The notes below the pieces were generated by a model, which was not told where the DNA came from, did no database searches, and saw only the letters and a list, made by a program, of their open reading frames with translations. A program made the translations under genes and the position numbers. Shown here piece by piece: positions 13,065 to 19,466 of a DNA stretch of 19,466 bases; within the stretch, counting starts at the first letter, position 1; every line of letters starts with the position of its first letter. The stretch is from a virus (lineage: Duplodnaviria > Heunggongvirae > Uroviricota > Caudoviricetes): positions 1 through 19,466 of IMG/VR virus record IMGVR_UViG_3300010430_000005. One strand, given 5' to 3'.

Positions 13065-13511
13065 ATGAAAAAATTTCAAGAATATATAAACGAATCTACA
13101 TCTTGGAAAGCAGGCGGTTTTCCTTATTTTAAAGATAATAATGGGCAGGTATATGTTTGCCTTTTCGTCTCTAATGATCCTTATTATGGTGGTGTGAGAC
13201 CGCAAATGCCTAAGGGGCATCCTGATCCGGGCGAAAAACCAGTAGATGCTGCTGCAAGAGAAGCAAGTGAAGAAACAGGAATTTCTTTTAAAGATTTGAG
13301 AAAGGGTGCAAAGCCCGTAACGGTCAAGAAATTTAAAGGCGAAACTTCTACTTACGATATGCATGTTTTTGGATTTGCGCTTGACAAAAAGGCAAGAGTA
13401 TATAAGAATGACGAAGGCGAAGGCATATGGCTAAAGATTGAGGATGCTTATAGAGATATGCGTCCTGATCAGAAACAATTCCTAACTATGCTTTACCAAA
13501 TAATAAATTAA
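13065..13511 (+). CDS. Nudix hydrolase with capsid-targeting-like N-terminus
   Basis: Nudix box GHPDPGEKPVDAAAREASEETGI; starts MKKFQEYINE. Confidence 0.9.
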   Translation: MKKFQEYINESTSWKAGGFPYFKDNNGQVYVCLFVSNDPYYGGVRPQMPKGHPDPGEKPVDAAAREASEETGISFKDLRKGAKPVTVKKFKGETSTYDMHVFGFALDKKARVYKNDEGEGIWLKIEDAYRDMRPDQKQFLTMLYQIIN

Positions 13512-13512
13512 T

Positions 13513-13567
13513 GCCCACGTATCCCCCTGCGCTACGAACGCAGATAAAGGTAACTGGAACGAAAATG
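13513..13567 (+). pseudogene. 5' part of split D-arm-less tRNA-Arg(ACG)
   Basis: GCCCACG acceptor strand, CTGCG-CTACGAA-CGCAG arm; the matching 3' strand is at 14332-14347. Confidence 0.75.
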
Positions 13568-13569
13568 TG

Positions 13570-13642
13570 GCTCCTGCCGGCGGATCTGGTGACGGGCCTA
13601 CGAAGCCTGTTTACGAAGGTTCAACTCCTTCCAGGAGCGCCA
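13570..13642 (+). tRNA. tRNA-Arg(ACG), replacement copy
   Basis: GCTCCTG/CAGGAGC-G-CCA; CGGGC-CTACGAA-GCCTG. Confidence 0.8.
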
Positions 13643-14270
13643 ATTCCGTCAAAAGACTTTTTTTCTGTGAATCTAATGAAAAGATCTTTTCATCTAGTTT
13701 CTCAATGTCTTTTTTAATTTTATTTTGTTTGGATAAAATTTTATCGGTCTGTTTCTTATCATAGGCATCCCATGATACTATTCGCTTTTTTATGTAACCT
13801 TTGTTGATATATTCTTTAACATCTGAAGAATCAACTTTTCTACAATCACGAAGTTCTACATTAGTGACCCACGTTGTTCCAAATTGACTATTCCCTTCGC
13901 CTGATTGCGATTCTGACATTATCGTGCCTATATCTTTTCGTGCTGCTTCATACAATCTAGAATTGAAGTATCTTTTATGGGCCCTACTTGATGCATACAT
14001 ATAAGTAAATGCCCTGACCATTTTGTGCCACTCATAACTTTCGCGCTCAAACATTTTGCATAGTAGATAGTGGCATATAAAGTGTTCTCTTGCAGATAAA
14101 AGAACTAGGTTAGAGCTATCATCTGAGCCTCCTATACTTCTAGGAATGATATGATGATTTTCATAATATACATAATTGCGATGGGTTGATCTTCGTTTGA
14201 TCCTAGATTGGCGTATGGCATTATCTATAATGTTATGATAAATTTTAGTATATTTGTTTTCGATAAACAC
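13611..14270 (-). mobile_element. HNH homing endonuclease
   Basis: YENHHIIPRSIGGSDDSSNLVLLSAREHFICHYLL; GTG start, AAGGAG RBS, late promoter at 14301-14308 (minus); paralogous to 9190. Confidence 0.9.
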
Positions 14271-14331
14271 TTACGAACTCCTTAAATAGTAATATGTGTT
14301 TATTTATAGTTCGTAAGTTTTCTATTATGGC

Positions 14332-14347
14332 CCTACCGTGGGCGCCA
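14332..14347 (+). pseudogene. 3' part of split tRNA-Arg(ACG)
   Basis: CCTAC-CGTGGGC-G-CCA pairs perfectly with GCCCACG 13513-13519. Confidence 0.78.
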
Positions 14348-14363
14348 AATCAAAAGGTTGACA

Positions 14364-14555
14364 ATGACTCTATTTCGATATAAAAAGAATGGAATGCTAT
14401 ACACTATCACTACCGCCAGAAGTGGTGGTTGCTATAAGGCGATACCTCACAAACACTCTGTTGAAATTGGTGTTATGTTTACTTCTCATTCTAGGTATCG
14501 AGACTTCAAACACGATATGTCAATGAGTGACTTTGAAGAGGTTGCTGTATGTTAA
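14364..14555 (+). CDS. Hypothetical protein
   Basis: ORF track; overlaps the next gene in operon fashion. Confidence 0.65.
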   Translation: MTLFRYKKNGMLYTITTARSGGCYKAIPHKHSVEIGVMFTSHSRYRDFKHDMSMSDFEEVAVC

Positions 14556-14770
14556 ACAATAAAAAAAGGTTACCGCATGCGTTGCGACCTTTAAGGAAAA
14601 AGTACCTAAGTGTCGCGAAGGTAATAGAAAATGACCGTTATTTAGATATGACGAAAAGCCAATTTATTGGTGAAGTTATGAGAGAGAGTGGAGGGTTGCT
14701 AGATCTTAAATCGATCGAAACAATCTACTATGATATTATGGAAGACGCAGGGTTGACGCCCTTAGAGTAA
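14549..14770 (+). CDS. Hypothetical protein (73 aa)
   Basis: GAGG RBS, coupled to upstream ORF. Confidence 0.7.
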   Translation: MLNNKKRLPHALRPLRKKYLSVAKVIENDRYLDMTKSQFIGEVMRESGGLLDLKSIETIYYDIMEDAGLTPLE

Positions 14771-14780
14771 AGGAAAAATT

Positions 14781-14999
14781 ATGGACGCGTTTATTGGACT
14801 ATTGGTACTGCTGGGAATTTTGTATGTTTTGATTTTCGGCGGAATACAAACATTTCAGAGAAACTGGATTCTAGCACTACTTATGTTACTATTCCTGACT
14901 CCTATCTGGGTTTGTTGGGCTTTTGTTGAAGTGTTTTTAGACAAGCCCACAAAAAAGCCTATGGAAGTTAACGTTAATGTAAACCAAAACGTGAACTAA
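14781..14999 (+). CDS. Small membrane protein (two TM segments)
   Basis: AAGGA RBS, two hydrophobic stretches. Confidence 0.75.
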   Translation: MDAFIGLLVLLGILYVLIFGGIQTFQRNWILALLMLLFLTPIWVCWAFVEVFLDKPTKKPMEVNVNVNQNVN

Positions 15000-15020
15000 G
15001 GATAGGAGAACAAAAATAAT

Positions 15021-15111
15021 GGATCGTGGGCAGGACGGTAATGCAGCGCACTGCTAATGCGTAGGACGCTTAATAGGCGTTCACAGGGTTCGACTCCCTG
15101 ACGATCCGCCA
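15021..15111 (+). tRNA. tRNA-Ser(GCT)
   Basis: GCGCA-CTGCTAA-TGCGT, long variable arm, GCCA end. Confidence 0.92.
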
Positions 15112-15138
15112 TTATTAAATAATAGAAAAGGGCAATTC

Positions 15139-15348
15139 ATGATCGAAGAAGACATTCAAGAATTAGACGCAGTTGTTGTAGAAAAACCCTCAAAAGCGAA
15201 ACGATATACTAAATCGTTATCTGCTAGACAAAAGAGAAAAGAAACAAAACACATTAAAGAAATTCACTCGTATAAAGAAGAAAAAGATGCGAGGGAAAGA
15301 CTTCGAGCGAAGCGCCTTCTGGAAAAGCAGAAAAAACTCAAAACTTAA
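15139..15348 (+). CDS. Basic hypothetical protein (69 aa)
   Basis: ORF track, K/R-rich, followed by a terminator. Confidence 0.65.
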   Translation: MIEEDIQELDAVVVEKPSKAKRYTKSLSARQKRKETKHIKEIHSYKEEKDARERLRAKRLLEKQKKLKT

Positions 15349-15352
15349 TATC

Positions 15353-15381
15353 AAAACCGCGGCTCATGTCGCGGTTTTTTT
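15353..15381 (+). terminator. Intrinsic terminator
   Basis: AAAACCGCGG-CTCATG-TCGCGGTTTTTTT. Confidence 0.8.
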
Positions 15382-15437
15382 ATTGACGTCTATTCAAAAC
15401 TAATGTAATGTTATATACACAGAAACAGGAAATTAGC

Positions 15438-15884
15438 ATGTACGAAACAACGGGCATCATTACATATAACCCGATACGCAACGTGAAGAACAAATGGTGG
15501 CTCACCGTCGAGTTGCCTTATTTTTCTGACACTGCAAAGATGTATCGCTGGTTTATGAACAAGCACTGGTACGAAGCAGACAGTCATTCTATGAGGCGAC
15601 CATTCAATAAGCCTCCACACAAATACCATGTTTCTATCATACGCGGCGAAACCCCAAGAAAGAATAGGCAAGATTGGGGTAAATATCTGGCAGGCAAAAA
15701 AATCAAGGTCGGGTATTCTAACTTGATTAGGCAGACAAGCATATCTAAAGACGGCGTGGATCATTTTTGGTTCGTCGACTCTAAGATAGACGTTTTCCAA
15801 GATATACGCAAGCACTTTGGTTTGCAGCACCAAAAAGACGGCGTCCCCTTTAAAGGGCACATTACTATAGCAAGAACACAATGA
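15438..15884 (+). CDS. Putative 2H phosphoesterase
   Basis: Two HxS/T motifs (YHVSII, GHITIA) about 75 aa apart. Confidence 0.6.
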   Translation: MYETTGIITYNPIRNVKNKWWLTVELPYFSDTAKMYRWFMNKHWYEADSHSMRRPFNKPPHKYHVSIIRGETPRKNRQDWGKYLAGKKIKVGYSNLIRQTSISKDGVDHFWFVDSKIDVFQDIRKHFGLQHQKDGVPFKGHITIARTQ

Positions 15885-15992
15885 ATAATAGGACATAGCA
15901 GCCTTGTTGAGATAACATAACAAAACACGCCTTTTCGAGTGTAAAATACCATAAATAATTTGTATGGTAACAACACATAGAGAGGTAATGTT

Positions 15993-16199
15993 ATGTCATC
16001 TATCATGTGCGTTTTCAAAGAAATCGGAAACATCATAGACAATGCGTATGAATCTTTTATAGAAAACAGACAGAGATATGCAGAAGCGGAAATAGCTAGG
16101 ATTTTACATAAGACAGAGTATCCCAGAGAATCTTACGAATCGGTATTGTATATGGTTCGCAAGGGTAAATTTGATGAAGTCAAAGGAGACCGAGCCTAA
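15993..16199 (+). CDS. Hypothetical protein (68 aa)
   Basis: GAGG RBS. Confidence 0.7.
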   Translation: MSSIMCVFKEIGNIIDNAYESFIENRQRYAEAEIARILHKTEYPRESYESVLYMVRKGKFDEVKGDRA

Positions 16200-16357
16200 T
16201 GTTTGAATTTATCAAGAGTCTATTCGCTTTTAAGAAAAGCATGTCCCAGGAAGAAATTTATTATGCTAACTCTACAGATCTTGTGGATCTAGAGAGAAGA
16301 ATGCGAAAAGTCCAAAACGGCAGTGCCCCGTTTCAGGAAAACACAATTTTGTGGTGA
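16199..16357 (+). CDS. Small hypothetical protein (52 aa)
   Basis: TAATG coupling with upstream stop; MFEFIKSLFAFKKSMSQEEIYYANSTDLVDLERRMRKVQNGSAPFQENTILW. Confidence 0.65.
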   Translation: MFEFIKSLFAFKKSMSQEEIYYANSTDLVDLERRMRKVQNGSAPFQENTILW

Positions 16358-16410
16358 GGTTATAAACATAATGTAACCTCACATAAATAAATTAAAATGA
16401 GGGTTACATT

Positions 16411-16896
16411 ATGTTCACACAATCTCAAATAGAAGAAATAGTCAACCTATTGATGGACTTGGATAGCAACACCAAAATCTACCTAGGTTGTGATTCTGTT
16501 AGGTATTTCAAAGACGGAAAAGCAGGTGCTAAATTCGCCACCGTATGCATCATCCACATGAACGGAAACAAGGGATGTCGCATATTCAAAAATATATCCA
16601 AAGAGTCTGACTACGATGTTAAGCAGAATAGGCCCAAAATGCGTATGCTCAACGAAGTTCGCAAGGTGTGTGAGTTATACAATCAACTCATACCATACCT
16701 AGACGAATATGATATAGAAATACATATGGACATTAATCTTGACCCTAAGCACGGATCTAGCTGTGCGGCTAAAGAAGCCGCAGGTTATGTTTTAGGTATG
16801 ACAGGCCTCCCAGAAGAAAAAGTCAAGTTCAAACCCGATTCTTTTGCTGCGTCATTCGGGGCAGATAGAGTTGTCCAAAAAAGTTTCGTAGCCTAA
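16411..16896 (+). CDS. RNase H-like YkuK-family protein
   Basis: IYLGCDS...ATVCIIH...RMLNEV...EIHMDIN..GS...EAAGYV.G...KPDSFAASFGAD. Confidence 0.82.
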   Translation: MFTQSQIEEIVNLLMDLDSNTKIYLGCDSVRYFKDGKAGAKFATVCIIHMNGNKGCRIFKNISKESDYDVKQNRPKMRMLNEVRKVCELYNQLIPYLDEYDIEIHMDINLDPKHGSSCAAKEAAGYVLGMTGLPEEKVKFKPDSFAASFGADRVVQKSFVA

Positions 16897-16961
16897 AAAA
16901 TGTGTTGACGTACTAAGACGTACCCGTTATAACTTTTATATAGCAACAAAGGAAAACGAAA

Positions 16962-17219
16962 ATGTTCGACAACGGCTTCACTTACAAAGAATCGGTTAAC
17001 ACTCGCGGAGAAACTATTTGGGTCGTATCTTCAGGTAAAGTAGTACACACTCGTTGTAAAAGCGAAGCACATGCCGAAGCCCTTGTAAACCTCCTCAACA
17101 AATTTCCCAATTATTTTGAGAAAAAAGATCGGGACGAGTTTACCGCTCGGAAAGGAGCTAAGCCCAAAGCAGAGACAGACTCTTGCCCCAGCCATGTAGA
17201 AGTGGTTCTTTGCTCGTGA
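16962..17219 (+). CDS. Hypothetical protein (85 aa)
   Basis: AAGGA RBS; TTGACG promoter at ~16904. Confidence 0.75.
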   Translation: MFDNGFTYKESVNTRGETIWVVSSGKVVHTRCKSEAHAEALVNLLNKFPNYFEKKDRDEFTARKGAKPKAETDSCPSHVEVVLCS

Positions 17220-17653
17220 TTCGCAACTTGTTTTTTGCGCTAGCAATGGTTATTCCGACTATTGCTAGCGCGGATTCTATTGTAGGAACTGTAATCAGTT
17301 CTGTTCCTATCACTCAGAAAGAATATGTTAACAAGCCAGTCCAATACTGCAAACAAGAAAGAGCACATCGATCTGGCGACATTATTGCAGGTATGGCTAT
17401 AGGTGGTCTGCTAGGTAAAGGCATTAGCGGTAAAGATAACGGAGCTATCGCAGGGGCGATCTTAGGCGGTGTTATTGCAGCAGATGGCCCTCAAAAATAC
17501 GTTACTAGATGCGACACTTATAGCAAACATGTCCTTCAAGAGACCGTTGTTGGTTATTCGACAATTGTAGATACAGGCATAGGTCAAGTAAATCTAGAAA
17601 CAGACCGTAAATACTTCAATGGCGAAAGGATAAATATATATCTAGGCCATTGA
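17216..17653 (+). CDS. Glycine-zipper 2TM protein with signal peptide
   Basis: GTG start overlapping the upstream stop; AIGGLLGKGISG...GAIAGAILGGVIA. Confidence 0.8.
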   Translation: MIRNLFFALAMVIPTIASADSIVGTVISSVPITQKEYVNKPVQYCKQERAHRSGDIIAGMAIGGLLGKGISGKDNGAIAGAILGGVIAADGPQKYVTRCDTYSKHVLQETVVGYSTIVDTGIGQVNLETDRKYFNGERINIYLGH

Positions 17654-17682
17654 ATTAGGTGAAGGTTTAACAGGGAGTTATT

Positions 17683-18363
17683 ATGACGGAGGAAAGATAT
17701 TATTGCTTTCCGGATATACATGGTGAATATGATCTAATGAAAAAAGCATTAGATTTTGTATACGACAAAAATCCGGAAGGTTGTAAGATAATCTTCATTG
17801 GGGACTATATAGATCGCGGACCCGAGAATTTGAAAGTCCTGCAAACCTTGATGAACCCGCCAGAAAATTATGAGTTTATCTGCCTTAAAGGCAACCACGA
17901 AGAAATGTTTGTTGGATCGTACTTTCACGGTACACAATTTTACCATGTGCCGACTGCGATGGATATTGCCGGGCTTCGAGATAAAAATGTACCTTATTAT
18001 GGGCAAGATCTACGTCACGATATACCAAAAGAAATCATTCAATGGATGGATAATCTAAAATTGTGCCACATTGAAGGCAACAATGTTTTTGCACATGCTT
18101 TCTATGATGATAGTGTGCCTCTAGAAGAACAACATCCAGGCACTGTTCTTTGGCAAAGAATGGATGATTGGCAGGCCTTTTTCAGTAAAGATAATAGACT
18201 GTACCTAACACATGGCCACACCCCTAGAAAAAACGGTCCAGTAAAATCGCCCAACCGTGTTAATCTCGACTGTGGTGCTGTTTTTTATGGTAGATATGTT
18301 ATTGGAGAATACCGTAAAGATATTAATGGTCCTGTTGATTTCCATGAATTCGCAAAACAGTAA
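17683..18363 (+). CDS. Calcineurin-like metallophosphoesterase (Ser/Thr phosphatase type)
   Basis: DIHG, GDYIDRG, GNHE, HGHT motifs. Confidence 0.92.
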   Translation: MTEERYYCFPDIHGEYDLMKKALDFVYDKNPEGCKIIFIGDYIDRGPENLKVLQTLMNPPENYEFICLKGNHEEMFVGSYFHGTQFYHVPTAMDIAGLRDKNVPYYGQDLRHDIPKEIIQWMDNLKLCHIEGNNVFAHAFYDDSVPLEEQHPGTVLWQRMDDWQAFFSKDNRLYLTHGHTPRKNGPVKSPNRVNLDCGAVFYGRYVIGEYRKDINGPVDFHEFAKQ

Positions 18364-18420
18364 ATGCGAACACTTATTGGTATAAAGTGCTTGACATATT
18401 AAAAATATGTATTATAAATA

Positions 18421-18478
18421 TCAATGTAATCGCTGAAGCAGACGATAAACATTCTGGACTGCGGGGCAGTGCCGCACA
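18421..18478 (+). pseudogene. Truncated former tmRNA acceptor piece
   Basis: CTGGACTGCGGGGCAGTGCCGCAC resembles the alphaproteobacterial tmRNA T-arm (GGGGCAGTACCC) but lacks the acceptor strand and CCA; it lies just downstream of the composite promoter 18391-18420. Confidence 0.5.
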
Positions 18479-18479
18479 A

Positions 18480-18997
18480 AAATATCTCTTTTATAAATAT
18501 AGAGGCAGCGGAACAAGATGGTTAAATCATCTCAAAAAACACGGAAACAATGTTTCAACTGAAATACTCATAGAGACTGATGATAAATCCGTAATCAAAG
18601 AAAAGGGAATAGAATACAGCAAACTTTATAATATTGTAGAATCGCAAGAATGGGCAAATCTTAAAATTGAAGAAGGCGACGGTGGGTGGCAAAAATCTAG
18701 TGGTATAAGGTCAACTTCTTTTAAAAAGGGAGAAGACAGGGTTAAAGAACTTAGTAAAGCAGGAAACGACGCCAAAAGAAAAAAAAGTTCTAAAAAATCC
18801 AGATGTATATAAAGAATCGTATAAAAAAAGTTTCTGAGTATCAAAAAGAAAATAATAGTATGAAGAATAAATGTTGGTGTGTTCCAAAAAATCTTACAGA
18901 CAAAACACAATTTAATGCTAACAAAAGAGTTTTTGATGTTAATAATATACCCGAAGGTTGGTATAAGGGAAGGAAAATGGAATACTATAAGAAGTGA
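18480..18997 (+). pseudogene. Degenerate GIY-YIG (Seg-like) homing endonuclease
   Basis: YKYRGSGTRWLNHLKKHG...EIL and terminal IPEGWYKGRK; N-terminal GIY part absent; removing one A from each of two A-runs (~18780, ~18825) restores one frame. Confidence 0.65.
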
Positions 18998-18999
18998 TA

Positions 19000-19262
19000 C
19001 TGTCTTATAGTCTAAGCACGAGTAAGAGATTGATGTGCGGACTCGGTTTCGATACCGACGCCTCCACCAGAAAACAATTGAGGGGGCGAAAGGGTTTCGA
19101 CGTAGATTGAAATCTTATTTCTAGGTATCCGTGGTGGCTTACGATATTCGGCCAAACTCTATAATTGCAAATGACAATTATGCGCCAGAAATGGCAATTG
19201 CTGCTTAATTAAGATTAAGCCCGCGGGGTTTTTCATTTTGTACCTAGCAACAGAAACAAAAT
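19000..19262 (+). ncRNA. ssrA: Two-piece (circularly permuted) tmRNA
   Basis: Acceptor piece ends CGCCTCC-A-CCA (19059-19069); coding piece starts GGGGGCG at 19082 (G3.U70 pair); tag frame 19167-19208 = ANDNYAPEMAIAA*. The 5' boundary is approximate. Confidence 0.92.
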
Positions 19263-19292
19263 GAATACAATCACATCACACAAGGAATATTT

Positions 19293-19466
19293 ATGTTTAT
19301 TAATATCAACAACCCAATTATGTCTCAACCATCTTTGACTGTAGGAAATAATACTTCTATCGGAGCATCTTTCGAACCAGTAAAGGCAGGTAAAAAGGCA
19401 TCGCATGTAGTTTTCGTGTTGGACGAGTCTTCTTCTATGGGCATGTGTCGAGACACAACAATTTCT
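19293..19466 (+). CDS. vWA-domain protein, 3' partial
   Basis: AAGGA RBS; HVVFVLDESSSM MIDAS (DxSxS) motif. Confidence 0.75.
   Translation, partial: MFININNPIMSQPSLTVGNNTSIGASFEPVKAGKKASHVVFVLDESSSMGMCRDTTIS

Noticed and set aside
13511-13764. ORFs 13511+ and 13567+
   Set aside because: They overlap tRNA-Arg sequences and the HNH antisense strand
18387-18812. Intact 141-aa protein as given in the ORF track
   Set aside because: Its first ~30 codons run through a promoter and tmRNA remnant, there is no RBS, and the GIY motif is missing; treated as a pseudogene

Overview
This window comes from a T4-like myophage genome. It has many TATAAATA gp55-type late promoters, TTGACA-type early promoters, an Alt-like ADP-ribosyltransferase and T4-style capsid-targeting N-termini. 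The host is probably an alphaproteobacterium: the tmRNA is two-piece (permuted) with tag ANDNYAPEMAIAA, and tRNA-His has A73 and no G-1. The window holds about 32 tRNA genes covering all 20 amino acids, in two arrays (8 tRNAs at 1618-2388; 24 at 6535-15111). It also holds three HNH endonuclease genes, one decayed GIY-YIG-like gene, Dps, a Nudix hydrolase, a 2H-phosphoesterase candidate, an RNase H-like protein and a metallophosphoesterase. The most striking unannotated signal is at the head of each tRNA array: late promoter, RBS, short leader ORF, intrinsic terminator, with an antiterminator sequence near the end of the ORF. Each leader is written almost entirely in the codons read by the tRNAs of its own array (leader 1: I,C,M,Y,E,W,Q,F; leader 2: T,I(ATA),R,L,P,V,S,K,G,N,D). 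This is the layout of a ribosome-dependent attenuator that would switch on phage tRNA supply when those tRNAs are depleted. Other unusual items are a five-copy covarying RNA element (one copy encloses a circularly permuted tRNA), D-arm-less tRNA-Arg-like genes, and endonuclease cassettes that split tRNA/tmRNA genes while carrying replacement copies. All calls were made by eye with no database searches; function statements are inference.
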